Notes: generated from the letters alone by a model not told the origin. DNA of 47,472 nt from a virus (IMGVR_UViG_3300032225_001249:1-47472); one strand, 5' to 3'; shown: positions 1-10,008, counted from the first letter of the stretch. Numbers and translations: made by a program.

Positions 1-545
1 ATTTTGGGCATAACCTCATATATAGACTCAGACAAATCTGACATAATTTGTTCGTAGCATAATGTAACATCAAAAAATTGCTGGCAATTATTCCAAATTT
101 CTTGACTGGCTTTAAGAGATTTAATAAAATGCAACAATTTTGAATTAGAAAAGTTTAAATTTGCCGGCAACAACAGATCAACGTTTTTTTCTTTTTGCCA
201 ACGACCAATGTGATAAGCTACAGCAAAACTCAAAACCTGGGCTGCAAAATCTTGTCTATATAACCCAATCACAAAAGATTGATTAAACAGCCTATCCCAA
301 TGTTCTTCTGGTGGCATATGGTTTGGCATAATTTTTATTATGCTTTGTTGATCTGGATCATACACTGCTGGTCTCGATGATGGGTTAAAATGAAAAACTT
401 CTCCTAAAAAAGGAAGGCCGGTGATTTGACTCAGTCTATCACAAAAGGCCGTACTGCCAGTGCGGTAATTGGCTATTACTACTATGCTCCAGTTGCTGGG
501 TATTTCAAACTCATAGTTAGTAAGCGTTATCTTAAAGTCTTTCAT
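1..545 (-). CDS. Sulfotransferase (Stf0-like, PAPS-dependent), 3'-truncated by the window edge; absent from the ORF track
   Basis: Manual translation from ATG 545 (ATGA overlap with the stop at 542-544): MKDFKITLTNYEFEIPSNWSIVVIANYRTGSTAFCDRLSQITGLPFLGEVFH...GLYRQDFAAQVLSFAVAYHIGRW...TLCYEQI. The frame is open to position 1. RTGST is a 5'-PSB loop, R-x-D-x-x-x-Q-x-x-S is a 3'-PB motif, and a YE motif follows. Confidence 0.75.
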   Translation of the reverse strand, partial: MKDFKITLTNYEFEIPSNWSIVVIANYRTGSTAFCDRLSQITGLPFLGEVFHFNPSSRPAVYDPDQQSIIKIMPNHMPPEEHWDRLFNQSFVIGLYRQDFAAQVLSFAVAYHIGRWQKEKNVDLLLPANLNFSNSKLLHFIKSLKASQEIWNNCQQFFDVTLCYEQIMSDLSESIYEVMPK

Positions 546-1726
546 TTGATATATTGATCGATAAATTGGTGGAACTGCTTGGGTAGTGCTCTAGGAACCA
601 GGTGCCGCATTTCAGTATACAACTCTTGGTTGTATTTACATACATTATAACACTCTCGGTAAAAACTTGCAAGGTCTTGTTGACACAAATCCTCAACTAC
701 CTGGGCTACACGTTCGATTCGATCTTGGCTGTTGTCAATCAGATCAAATGATTCATCAATGACATGTCCAAATGTTTGAAATCCTAGATTATGCAGGTCT
801 CGATAAAATCCTCGATTAGCTACCGCTATAAACGGATGCCCTACTGCAACGGGTTTCCAAATCTTTTCTGTCCTAAAACTGTATGGGTAGTTAAATACCG
901 TTTCGGTCACTAGACTAAAGTAGGTATCTCTATAGGCCGCTCCATCTACTACAGCATCACCCCAGGTGTTGTTGAACAGATTAAATTTGACAGTGCCGGC
1001 CGTGGGCAAATGATCTATATTGTTTCTAAATGCAGGTGTTTCGTATTCTTTAGGCAAAAAGTGTAGGTCAATTGGCTGTTCCATACGGTCTACGCCCATG
1101 TGCTCAAATTGCAATTTGATCATGTTCATGTTGTTGAAGTTTTGCCAGCGTGACTGCGGCAAATTTTTGACCAACACTAGATCTGTGTCAAGATTTGTCC
1201 ATAAGGCTTGATCCAACAGTTTGTTTGCGTGAAATCTTTCTAATAGATATTTTCTATGACTACGCATACGCCCATTTAAAAATAAAAACTTGTAGGGTTT
1301 GTCTGTAATGGCAAAATACTCGTCTATGCGACTGCCGGTCTCAACATTTTCATCAAAGTCAAATATCTTAGGTAAAAAATATTCGTAACTCATGTAAGGC
1401 CACTTGGCAGGATCCATATCGCCGCCGCCAATCAGCAAGATTTTACCTTCTTCTATGAGATTGATCAGACCTTTGACAAAACACCAAGTGACCAAGGTTT
1501 CACTGCCTTCTGCAGCGTTGTCTAGGATCACGGTCACCTGACCTGTGCGGGCCAGCTCTTGTATTTCATAATTATATCGGTTGACCTGCTCTCTGCACAT
1601 GATATACACAGCGCCGGGCACTATTTCATGTTGTCGAAGATCCCAGAATTCGCCATCAGCCCAGGGCAATAGTTCTCTGTAAACTTCGCTATGTGTGTCT
1701 AATACAAGTTTATGATTTCCGATCAT
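542..1726 (-). CDS. Putative glycosyltransferase with a GT10/GT-B-like C-terminal nucleotide-sugar-binding domain
   Basis: 394 aa. The C-terminal FSLVTET...FRTEKIWKPVAVGHPFIAVA...LGFQTF resembles the alpha-1,3-fucosyltransferase-type E...TEK...P motif. It lies inside the sugar gene cluster. Confidence 0.5.
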   Translation of the reverse strand: MIGNHKLVLDTHSEVYRELLPWADGEFWDLRQHEIVPGAVYIMCREQVNRYNYEIQELARTGQVTVILDNAAEGSETLVTWCFVKGLINLIEEGKILLIGGGDMDPAKWPYMSYEYFLPKIFDFDENVETGSRIDEYFAITDKPYKFLFLNGRMRSHRKYLLERFHANKLLDQALWTNLDTDLVLVKNLPQSRWQNFNNMNMIKLQFEHMGVDRMEQPIDLHFLPKEYETPAFRNNIDHLPTAGTVKFNLFNNTWGDAVVDGAAYRDTYFSLVTETVFNYPYSFRTEKIWKPVAVGHPFIAVANRGFYRDLHNLGFQTFGHVIDESFDLIDNSQDRIERVAQVVEDLCQQDLASFYRECYNVCKYNQELYTEMRHLVPRALPKQFHQFIDQYIK

Positions 1727-2650
1727 TTATAATTTTTCTTTAAAATACTCAACAGTTTCAAGTAGTCCTTGATCTATGTCAACTGTTGGTTGCCAATTCA
1801 ATAAGGTTTTGGCCAATGTAATGTCGGGTCTGCGTTGCTTAGGGTCATCTGCAACAGCCGGTAAATGTATTACGTTGCTTGATGATCCTGTCAATGAGAT
1901 TATTTTTTTAGCCATATCAACCATGGTGTATTCACTAGGGTTACCGATGTTGACTGGACCAGTTTTGTTTGAATTCATTAATGCTATGAGTCCTCTGACA
2001 GTATCAGACACAAAACAAAAACTACGAGTTTGCATTCCTTCACCGTAAACAGTTAAATCCTGATTGGTTAGTGCTTGTATAATAAAATTACTAATTACTC
2101 GCCCATCGTTTAAAGATAAATTTGGTCCAAATGTATTGAATATTCTAGCAATTTTAATATCAACATTGTGTTCTTTGTGATAGTTTATAAAAAGACTTTC
2201 GGCGCAGCGTTTACCTTCGTCATAACAACTGCGGATCCCCAACGGATTTACATTGCCCCAATAACTTTCTGGTTGCGGTGACACCAATGGATCTCCATAC
2301 ACTTCAGAGGTACTGGTTTGTAGTATGCGAGCTCCGGTTTGATGTGCCAATTTCAACATGTTAATTGCACCTATCACACAGGTTTGTATTGTGTCAACTG
2401 GATCTTTTTGGTACCAGTCTGGGCTTGCTGGGCAGGCCAAATTGTAAATTTGATCTACTGCAAGAGATATAGGTTCCTTCACATCGTGTTTAATGAAATT
2501 AAACTCAGGATGGTCTTGAAGTGTTTTAATATTGTCAAGACTGCTTGATAACAAGTTGTCTAAACAGTAAACAGTATGGCCCATTGACAATAATTCACAA
2601 CACAAATGGCTTCCAATAAACCCGCTACCCCCAGTGACCAGTATTTTCAT
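1727..2650 (-). CDS. uxs: UDP-glucuronate decarboxylase (UDP-xylose synthase), extended SDR
   Basis: Motifs [73 protein letters not shown] and [11 protein letters not shown] are all typical of UXS. The start was moved to ATG 2650, which gives an ATGA overlap with the upstream stop. Confidence 0.92.
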   Translation of the reverse strand: MKILVTGGSGFIGSHLCCELLSMGHTVYCLDNLLSSSLDNIKTLQDHPEFNFIKHDVKEPISLAVDQIYNLACPASPDWYQKDPVDTIQTCVIGAINMLKLAHQTGARILQTSTSEVYGDPLVSPQPESYWGNVNPLGIRSCYDEGKRCAESLFINYHKEHNVDIKIARIFNTFGPNLSLNDGRVISNFIIQALTNQDLTVYGEGMQTRSFCFVSDTVRGLIALMNSNKTGPVNIGNPSEYTMVDMAKKIISLTGSSSNVIHLPAVADDPKQRRPDITLAKTLLNWQPTVDIDQGLLETVEYFKEKL

Positions 2651-4062
2651 TGTTGACTCCAATAGCGGCATTCTTCCCACCAAGCACTCATCTCTGGAAA
2701 TGTTTTTAAAAAATCCGTGCCGTGTCGACGATCTGCTTCGCTAAAGAATCTATAAAAATCTGCTTTGTTTTGTTGAATATATGCAGGATCTAGTTTTTGC
2801 CCATCACGCATCCAGGCAATATCACGATCAAGACGGGCAATTTCATAATCTTTAAATCCTTGGAATCTTGTCTCTTTGGTTTCAATATTTTTCATCATAA
2901 ATGCCCAGACTATTTCAAGTTGCTCTACATAACTTTCAGGCAACAATTGTAGGCTTTGCCAAGTGGGTTGACGTAACACAGGAGTATCAAACCATATGCG
3001 TTGATACGTTTTGCTGTATATTTTTCTAAGTCCCAATATGCCACTAAACAATTTGCCTAGTCCTGTTACACTGAGATTATTCATAGTAACAATAAAAGTG
3101 ATACTGTTACGTCCAGGAATTTCTGTTAGGAATTGGTTTACACGATCCCACAACAGATTGAAATCTAATCCATGTCTGATGTATTCGGCCTGTTCCATCC
3201 ACGAGTCTAGGCTAACAAACTGCATAAAGTGTTCGATCCGTTCGCCTTCACACAGTTCTTTGACATAGCCTTTATACTTTTGCCATGACTTTTCATCCAC
3301 ACTAAAGTTACTGGTCACATTCAAATGTAAGTCAGATTTGGGGTTGGCCAACACATAGTCAAACACACGATAGGTATTCTTGTCCAGCATGGGTTCACCG
3401 CCGGTCATACGAAAGTGTTCCAGTTCTGGGTATAAGGTAGGCCACCATTCCCAAAATGCATCTACATAGGGATTTGCTTCACGACTAGGTATAGGACGGT
3501 TGCGACCAACAAAATGGCTACTATCGTTGTGGATAGTGCTAGTAGGATATCCTCCCCATTTGTCGACTTCTGCTTGCCAAGCACTACTAAACTGCGGACT
3601 ACAGTAGGAACAAGCCAGATTACAAGCATGATTAAAATTAACTTCCACATAACTAGGAACAACATCATCTTCATCTCCATTTGAGTTTACTACAACATTA
3701 AAGTCTTTGGCGGCCCAGGGCTCACCAGAACGATAATGACGATCACTTAACTTGTTGTTGTCTTCCATGGTCCAGCAATAGCTACATTCCGTAGGGCGTT
3801 CTTGCTTGAGCATGATCTTGCGCTGTTCTTTTTTATACGGAGTATTGTGTAGCGCACTGGGGTTATTTTTTAATAGTTCTGCTGGGATAGCGTGTAATGG
3901 CGGATGATAGCACGAGTTGTTTAGTCCTGTGGGCAAGTGTAAACTCACTTGTTTCCATTTGGCCAAGCAAAGCGCAGGACCAAGATTGTCCTTCATAAAC
4001 TCTGCGTCACCTAGGAACTTTGATTTAAAGTCTGTTACAACTTCATCACCTTTATTTTGCAA
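2647..4062 (-). CDS. Radical SAM protein with an N-terminal twitch/SPASM-like Cys domain
   Basis: CNLACSYC (CxxxCxxC), TGGEP, VTSN and VSLD motifs. N-terminal CLAKW...SCYH...ECSYCW. Probable TTG start. Confidence 0.88.
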   Translation of the reverse strand: MQNKGDEVVTDFKSKFLGDAEFMKDNLGPALCLAKWKQVSLHLPTGLNNSCYHPPLHAIPAELLKNNPSALHNTPYKKEQRKIMLKQERPTECSYCWTMEDNNKLSDRHYRSGEPWAAKDFNVVVNSNGDEDDVVPSYVEVNFNHACNLACSYCSPQFSSAWQAEVDKWGGYPTSTIHNDSSHFVGRNRPIPSREANPYVDAFWEWWPTLYPELEHFRMTGGEPMLDKNTYRVFDYVLANPKSDLHLNVTSNFSVDEKSWQKYKGYVKELCEGERIEHFMQFVSLDSWMEQAEYIRHGLDFNLLWDRVNQFLTEIPGRNSITFIVTMNNLSVTGLGKLFSGILGLRKIYSKTYQRIWFDTPVLRQPTWQSLQLLPESYVEQLEIVWAFMMKNIETKETRFQGFKDYEIARLDRDIAWMRDGQKLDPAYIQQNKADFYRFFSEADRRHGTDFLKTFPEMSAWWEECRYWSQQ

Positions 4063-4065
4063 AGT

Positions 4066-4995
4066 TTACCAGCCTTCTTGTTGTCTAATTACATCAATCT
4101 CACGAGTCATAACACCTTGGTTATGCCAGTTGCTACGATAGTGTTGTTTAAAGAATGCACTTTCGTTTTCTTGCATCATGTTGATCGGCAAATCCAGTTG
4201 TGTAACTAGGTCTTCGGCCACACGACCAGCCAACAGTTCTGGGTCAGAGTCTTTTACTGTGTCCCATAACTTTTCTAATTCAGCAAAATCTTGCACCGCA
4301 CGGTGATCCCAGGTAGGTGTGATCATGGTCATATAGGTGCCCATACGGCTACCGGCAATGGCCCAGATTCCGTGTTCAACATCACGTCCAACATTGTGCC
4401 ATATGGTCAAGTGATCAAGGTTACGTTGATGCACACGATCACGAAATTCAGACACAGTGGGTCTGGTTCCGCGATTCAAACACATCTTGACTCCTTCACG
4501 GAATCCAGCTCGCCATGCATGAAATGCTGACCCGTTAGGATAAGTTGTTGAATAGCAATCATACATAGGCCAATACAACGGATCAAAACAAAACTCCACC
4601 TCGGTTTCAACGGAACCATTTGTGGCTTCGTGTGTTTTCATGTTGTTTACAAAGGCACGAGTCCAGCTACTCAATCCACCGTTGCCATACATCAAGCCGT
4701 TGATGTGATTGCGGGCTCGCCAACGAAACACAGCCGTTTCCCATTCGCCATCAGGAAATGTCATTGTAAGGTTAAAGAATTTTGCATCCGGCATGTTGTC
4801 GCCATCAATTAAGATGAAGCGTTCAGTGTCACTGGCAGCAGCAGCGGCCTTGTGTGCGGCATCCGAACCTTTGACACCGTCTACTCGTTTGGCCCAAGGG
4901 ATCATGTTGCGGATTCGAACCCAAAATTCTTCTTTCTCGGGTTCATCGTAGGTCAAGTAAATGCAGTCTAAATCTGCTATATCAATTTGTTTCAT
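4066..4995 (-). CDS. GT-A-fold glycosyltransferase-like phage protein
   Basis: RVDGVKGSDAAHKAAA followed by FILIDGDN (DxD), plus YGNGGL and AWRAGFREGVK. Confidence 0.6.
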   Translation of the reverse strand: MKQIDIADLDCIYLTYDEPEKEEFWVRIRNMIPWAKRVDGVKGSDAAHKAAAAASDTERFILIDGDNMPDAKFFNLTMTFPDGEWETAVFRWRARNHINGLMYGNGGLSSWTRAFVNNMKTHEATNGSVETEVEFCFDPLYWPMYDCYSTTYPNGSAFHAWRAGFREGVKMCLNRGTRPTVSEFRDRVHQRNLDHLTIWHNVGRDVEHGIWAIAGSRMGTYMTMITPTWDHRAVQDFAELEKLWDTVKDSDPELLAGRVAEDLVTQLDLPINMMQENESAFFKQHYRSNWHNQGVMTREIDVIRQQEGW

Positions 4996-5344
4996 CTTCT
5001 AGTTCCTGTTTTTTTAAATGCCATTTGGTATGAGGTTGATCCGCAGCTACAACTATGCAAACATTGTCAACAGCACAGGGAACACCTGTGGATCCTGGCA
5101 CTATTTTTTTAGCAAAGATTGTTTTGTATACTACTATTTTGCCGTTAACTACTCTAATGTGTTTGGGACCATTGTGATATGTTTCTTGATCTACAACTAT
5201 ATAATTACCAGGCAACTGTTCCATACTGTAAAATAACGGAAACCCTTCGTCGTCATGGTATAATCTATACTCTGGAGTACCGTGTATTGCTGGTTGTTGA
5301 GCATGGACTATTTCCCAAAACTCTTCAGGCGTCATTTCACTCAT
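4982..5344 (-). CDS. Hypothetical protein in the glycosyltransferase cluster
   Basis: ~120 aa, overlapping both neighbours. ATG 5344 is preferred over GTG 5350. Confidence 0.7.
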   Translation of the reverse strand: MSEMTPEEFWEIVHAQQPAIHGTPEYRLYHDDEGFPLFYSMEQLPGNYIVVDQETYHNGPKHIRVVNGKIVVYKTIFAKKIVPGSTGVPCAVDNVCIVVAADQPHTKWHLKKQELEDETN

Positions 5345-5600
5345 CCACACCCTTTTGATTGTTGCGTTTTTCTTGAATAGTTAACTTATCCTTGTGTGTC
5401 TTACGAGGGTTCCCGCATACATAGCATTCTGGATTACCACAATCCATGGCATGATGCTTGGCCAGTCTGTGTGGTTCTGCCACAATGGGATCGTTTTTTG
5501 TAAGTCCGTGTGCTTTGGCTATGTTGACTTGCTTTTTGATGTGGGTTTCATCATCATGTAACCGCTTGCTGTGTTTGATTTTATCTTCGTCTTTGCTCAT
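5337..5600 (-). CDS. Small basic phage protein with a possible Zn site
   Basis: 87 aa containing HHAMDCGNPECYVCGNPRK; overlaps both neighbours. Confidence 0.7.
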   Translation of the reverse strand: MSKDEDKIKHSKRLHDDETHIKKQVNIAKAHGLTKNDPIVAEPHRLAKHHAMDCGNPECYVCGNPRKTHKDKLTIQEKRNNQKGVDE

Positions 5601-5727
5601 ATTTCACCTTATAGTAAACAACAATTTTATCTATCAATTCTTTTATGTAAGCATCTTTTTCTGCAAGTCTATGTATGTGTCCCCACATCGATTGCTTTCG
5701 TATTTGATCAATTAGGTCAGAACTCAT
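5581..5727 (-). CDS. Small hypothetical protein (48 aa), below the ORF-track cutoff
   Basis: MSSDLIDQIRKQSMWGHIHRLAEKDAYIKELIDKIVVYYKVKYEQRRR*. It has an ATGA overlap with the stop at 5724-5726 and fills the gap between neighbours. Confidence 0.7.
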   Translation of the reverse strand: MSSDLIDQIRKQSMWGHIHRLAEKDAYIKELIDKIVVYYKVKYEQRRR

Positions 5728-6494
5728 GCTCGCCAATCTTTAACATGATAATGAACGAATCCTTGTTGTGCTACTGTATGTATTCTAAGTCCTGGCGTGG
5801 TGTTTTCCCAAACTAGTTCTTCAGTCCAGTTATTGGTCAGCGTTGGAATGATTCCTTGTTTCATGTGTGTAATCTGTGGACCCAGTCCAGGCGGCAAGGT
5901 AACTGTTTCCACACCCATAATTGCCGCGGCCATGGCATATACCACATCGGTTGTGGCCACTTCGTCTGGAAATTTAAGCATGGTTTTATATTGGTCCCAA
6001 TTTTCAAATATTGTTCTTACCAGCTCAAAAAATTCTTTAGCGGCAAGACTTAATCTCCAATATGTAACAGCATTATACACGTCAGGTAACGAATTTTCAT
6101 CAAACAGTCTGCGATAAGTTCTGTTGTTGCTGGATTTGTTAAACAGATCTTTACAACCTTGACTAATGACTACATCTCGATTTTCAAACAAGGTCCACCA
6201 ATGGTCAATGGGTGTTGCGGCATACATGTCAGCTTCTAATTTAATAGTTTGTCTATAAGGACTGGCAGCAAAGCATTGCCAATCATTGGCAAAGCCGCCA
6301 AGATCACCATACGGCAACGGAACAACATGATCAAACACTGGATCATCACAGCGTCGAACTGTTATTACAGAGATGTTAGCGTCTGGATGCCACTGTCTAA
6401 TTGATCTGGCAAGTTGTTGAGCACAGGCCAGATAGTCTACTGTGTCTGTGTCAATGGCCGGTATAAGATAACCGCGTTCAGCAAGGATTGGCAA
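5724..6494 (-). CDS. GT8-like (GT-A) glycosyltransferase-like protein
   Basis: N-terminal GYLIPA...YLACAQQLARSIR, ASPYRQTIKLEADM (DxD position is EAD), TTDVVYA, THMK and C-terminal VHYH. Confidence 0.6.
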   Translation of the reverse strand: MPILAERGYLIPAIDTDTVDYLACAQQLARSIRQWHPDANISVITVRRCDDPVFDHVVPLPYGDLGGFANDWQCFAASPYRQTIKLEADMYAATPIDHWWTLFENRDVVISQGCKDLFNKSSNNRTYRRLFDENSLPDVYNAVTYWRLSLAAKEFFELVRTIFENWDQYKTMLKFPDEVATTDVVYAMAAAIMGVETVTLPPGLGPQITHMKQGIIPTLTNNWTEELVWENTTPGLRIHTVAQQGFVHYHVKDWRA

Positions 6495-7281
6495 CTATTG
6501 CTCCTAGTGCTTGTTTACCCATGGCATGGAAATCTTGTGTCAGCAACATCCATTTTGGTTTAGAGTCAGTTGATTCATATTCTATTTTGTATGTATTAGA
6601 GTCAAGCTGTGTCAATTTGGTTTCTGGAGTAACCGAAGCCAACTGCCACGGTATTGACGGAGTGCTCAGTGTATGCCCATCTACTACGTTCATAGCTATG
6701 CTCAAGGCATAGTCGTTGCGGAAAGTATGCTCACTGACTTGATATAGTTGTCGGTAATGTAGCCAGTTGTCGCGAATCATTTGCATGGTATTAAAAATTA
6801 ATTCTGCTCGTTTACTACGACGAAAACACATAATAGTTGCCCAACTCATTGGCATTCGATAAGTGCCAAACCAGTTGTTGTCCTGAAATGCTGGATATCC
6901 AGCAACATCGTAGGCCCAGCGGTGTGCAAGAAAATCTTGATCAATATCAAACAACTGTTTTAATTGGTTGGACGCTACTACAAAATCAACATCTAATACT
7001 AGAGTATGGTCCCACGGCGTCAACTCGTATGCATTGGATCGATTTTTATTGTGCCATGCGCCGACACCTTTGTAATCTTTAAAATATCTAGTTTGGTCTG
7101 TAGGCGGTAAGTCTACACGCACCACTTGATCAAATTGATAGGTAACTGGTATGTCTGCATCAGTAACCACACAGACCGGTAAATCTAAATGCCTACGTAT
7201 GTTTCTAGCCGACCACGCGGCCATGGCCAAATAATCAATTTGCTCGTTGTTAAATGCGAATAACAAAATGCCCTGTGTCAT
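6478..7281 (-). CDS. GT8-like (GT-A) glycosyltransferase-like protein, paralog of the downstream gene
   Basis: MTQGILLFAFNN...YLAMAAWSARNIRR, ELTPWDHTLVLDVDF (DxD), FRNDYALS and DFHAMGK. The start was moved to ATG 7281 (ATGA overlap). Confidence 0.65.
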   Translation of the reverse strand: MTQGILLFAFNNEQIDYLAMAAWSARNIRRHLDLPVCVVTDADIPVTYQFDQVVRVDLPPTDQTRYFKDYKGVGAWHNKNRSNAYELTPWDHTLVLDVDFVVASNQLKQLFDIDQDFLAHRWAYDVAGYPAFQDNNWFGTYRMPMSWATIMCFRRSKRAELIFNTMQMIRDNWLHYRQLYQVSEHTFRNDYALSIAMNVVDGHTLSTPSIPWQLASVTPETKLTQLDSNTYKIEYESTDSKPKWMLLTQDFHAMGKQALGAIVANPC

Positions 7282-7583
7282 CTGTTCTTGTTTAGTTCTT
7301 CGTATTCTACTAGCCAGGCATTCATTTGCTCTTGCCAACGTGTCATGGCCAGTCCGCGTAGTTCCTCTGGATTAATTCGAACAGGTGTTTCGTATAAATC
7401 TAACACCACTGCATCACCTGGTGGTACGGTAGCCAATAGCACCAATAGTTCTGGACCGGCACGCCACATACCTCCGCCATAGGCAAAGGTCATTTTGGCC
7501 AGGTATTTTTCTTTTAAAACAATTTTGTTTCGGTGATGATCAAAACGGGTGCGGCTGTGGGAGATAAGTTCGTTGGTATCCAT
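7278..7583 (-). CDS. Hypothetical protein, first gene of the glycosylation cluster
   Basis: 101 aa, preceded on the minus strand by TATAAT 6 nt before the ATG. Confidence 0.75.
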   Translation of the reverse strand: MDTNELISHSRTRFDHHRNKIVLKEKYLAKMTFAYGGGMWRAGPELLVLLATVPPGDAVVLDLYETPVRINPEELRGLAMTRWQEQMNAWLVEYEELNKNR

Positions 7584-7615
7584 AGATTTATTATACTACA
7601 AAAAACGGGTAAGGT

Positions 7616-7636
7616 AAAGGGGCCTAAGCCCCTTTT
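7616..7636 (-). terminator. Intrinsic terminator hairpin after the fibre genes, possibly bidirectional
   Basis: AAAGGGGC-CTAA-GCCCCTTTT inverted repeat, 20 nt downstream of the stop at 7656. Confidence 0.7.
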
Positions 7637-7655
7637 GGTAAGACTGAATTGTTGA

Positions 7656-8633
7656 TTAATACGTTGGACCACTGGCTGTGCTGGCCACAGTGGGTGTGCC
7701 CCAGGTATTGGTCAAATAGGTTGATTCTGGTGGGAAGTATGTGACCACCGTGGTTGGAGCAGTTCCAAAAGAAATACCTGTTGTAGCTGTTCCGCCTGAA
7801 ATGGTACGGCTTGATCCTGAAGTTGCGCGAGCTGCCGAGAACCAAGTAGTAGTCAACGTCAACACAGTCGACGATGTTGCAGTTGCGTTAACTTGAACAT
7901 AGTCACCGGTGTAGGTATATCCAGTGTCAAACTGTTTGTAAATGGTAGTTGGTGATGCGGTCAATTGGTTCCAACCAGTACCAGTGGCCAATGTGGTTGG
8001 TGTGCCTGATCCGCCAACAACTTTGGTACCCAAATATGTAACGCCGGCAATAACCTTACTTGAAGCATCGCTGGTAAAATATACTGTGCCGCATACCGAG
8101 CCAATAAAATTGTTCCAGTCTGGATCAGCATCTTTACCGGTGCTGCTCTTACTAAATTGGATCTTCATATAACCACCGCCGCCCCAGAAGTTGGTGGCTG
8201 CAGTAGCGTTAGGGAATGTAACGGTGTCAGTGAATGTGAGTGTCCATGGAGTATTGGTATGCCCAGTTTGTGCTGTAATACTAGCAGTGCCAGTCCAACC
8301 TGTGTATTGTGAGCCGCTGGCATAAGCATAATAACGATTGTTGTAGCATGAAGTAATATCTGTGCCCAGATTACTTAAAATAGCAATGGTATTACCAGCA
8401 CTAGGACTGGTACGGCTTGTAAGAGCAGTGTTTTGATGGTTGCCAAGACTGGTCAATGTGTTGTTTAATGAGGCCCACTGTGTAGCTGTCACTGTGGCGC
8501 CTGCGGATACAGTTGCCAATGCTGTTTGCCCATAGGTGCTATTCCATGTAGCATTGATGTTGCCGCCTGTTGTTGTGCTAACAAACCCGTTGTAGTCTGT
8601 TGCTTGTATTAGTCCACCTACTGAATAAGTCAT
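7656..8633 (-). CDS. Virion structural protein (tail fibre/baseplate-associated), Thr/Ser/Gly-rich
   Basis: 325 aa beginning MTYSVGGLIQATDYN; very Thr/Ser-rich and beta-rich; last gene of the tail module. Confidence 0.65.
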   Translation of the reverse strand: MTYSVGGLIQATDYNGFVSTTTGGNINATWNSTYGQTALATVSAGATVTATQWASLNNTLTSLGNHQNTALTSRTSPSAGNTIAILSNLGTDITSCYNNRYYAYASGSQYTGWTGTASITAQTGHTNTPWTLTFTDTVTFPNATAATNFWGGGGYMKIQFSKSSTGKDADPDWNNFIGSVCGTVYFTSDASSKVIAGVTYLGTKVVGGSGTPTTLATGTGWNQLTASPTTIYKQFDTGYTYTGDYVQVNATATSSTVLTLTTTWFSAARATSGSSRTISGGTATTGISFGTAPTTVVTYFPPESTYLTNTWGTPTVASTASGPTY

Positions 8634-8721
8634 TTTATTTTATTTCCCTTTGTATTAGTTGATCAATTTCAACGCAAGTATGTTTCATATTTGCTGGGTG
8701 ATTTTAATCCTGCTTCTGTAT

Positions 8722-10008
8722 TTATTTAATTGTTACAATAGCTTCAACTACACCTTCGCTATTGTCCATTTTGTCTTTGAGCGCACGACCAATTACGTTA
8801 AATGCAGTAGCTTCTCCGGCCTTGGCTGATCGAGCCAATCCATTGCCTGCACTTACTAATCTATCGCCTTTACGCACTTGGCCAATGGTTCTAACCGGAA
8901 CTCGTCCAGTCATCGCAACCGGAGGATGAGTGTTGTCGTTGCCTGCACCGCTATTCATTAAATATGCAGCTTTCGTACTTATGACGCCAAACACATTTTC
9001 ACTCAGATCTGCGGTAACTTGAGTAATTTCAGCTGACCCACCTAGTTCAACCACTGTGCCTGCTGTTAGTTCTGCATCGGCCGCAAAACGTTCTGCAACG
9101 TCAGCGTAGTTAGCATTGATTTGATTGCCCGAAATAGCACCAGTGCTACCGTTGATTGTCATCACCGTGGTTGGCGTTCCGGCAACATTGGCACCAAACC
9201 TAATGTTACCATTGGTATCATTGTTAACAATGCTTATGTCTGATCCTGATACCGAAATAGCAAGATCGCCATTGGCTCCTAGTGCCAAACCTTGATTGCT
9301 GGTTGTGGTTATTTTACCAGTGGTAGTTGCAGCAGCGTCAGAGCGCATGAAACTGGTAGCTGGTAAAGCGTTGGGTCCTAGCGTATCAGCATTGGTGATC
9401 GAGCCTTGGAATACATAGGCCGCACTGGCTGTGCTGAGTTGTAGGCCAGGTTTAATAGTAGCAAAACCAGCAATAGCAGGACTAGGAGTAAATGCTGTAG
9501 TATCCTTACTCATAATACCCAATAAAACGCCGCCTACATAAAGTTGTAGGATAGTGTGTGCAACAGCACTGTTATCTGTTACCGTGGCTGGAATAGCACC
9601 AGTGGTGCCTTGTGCGTTGGTAAACGCTGGACCAACCAAGATCCAAGTTGTGCCAGAATAAACATTTAATTGTTGGTTTGTGGTATCATACCACAAGTCG
9701 CCTTGAACATTCGAAGTAGGTGCGGTGGCACTGGATGTTGCTGAGCTGATTGTTTTCCAAGTTGTGCCATTCCACACACTCATTATTTTGATTGAAGAAT
9801 TCCACCACAACTGTCCAACCAGTGGTGTTGATGGTGCTGTTCCGTTGGAACTGTTTTCTAATAGATGGACAAAATTGTCATCTAAATATATACCATAACC
9901 GGCATAGTTTTTGCCCGGCAAAGCCATGCTACAAGCGGTAGTATTAAGGGTACCATCTGCAATGGTGGTTAATACTGATCCATTTGTTAAGTTAATTGTG
10001 TATGACAT
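8722..10008 (-). CDS. Tail fibre protein with a C-terminal intramolecular-chaperone/autocleavage (peptidase G2-like) domain
   Basis: Repeated GQLWWNS/GDLWYDT fibre motifs. C-terminal YADVAERF...GTVVELGG...FGVIST...VAMTGRVPVR...KGDRLVSA...VIGRAL. Confidence 0.75.
   Translation of the reverse strand: MSYTINLTNGSVLTTIADGTLNTTACSMALPGKNYAGYGIYLDDNFVHLLENSSNGTAPSTPLVGQLWWNSSIKIMSVWNGTTWKTISSATSSATAPTSNVQGDLWYDTTNQQLNVYSGTTWILVGPAFTNAQGTTGAIPATVTDNSAVAHTILQLYVGGVLLGIMSKDTTAFTPSPAIAGFATIKPGLQLSTASAAYVFQGSITNADTLGPNALPATSFMRSDAAATTTGKITTTSNQGLALGANGDLAISVSGSDISIVNNDTNGNIRFGANVAGTPTTVMTINGSTGAISGNQINANYADVAERFAADAELTAGTVVELGGSAEITQVTADLSENVFGVISTKAAYLMNSGAGNDNTHPPVAMTGRVPVRTIGQVRKGDRLVSAGNGLARSAKAGEATAFNVIGRALKDKMDNSEGVVEAIVTIK

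Noticed and set aside
7282-7338. ORF-track N-terminal extensions (7338, also 2683 and 37668)
   Set aside because: Downstream starts at 7281, 2650 and 37713 give ATGA coupling or an RBS and begin at the family-typical N-terminus.
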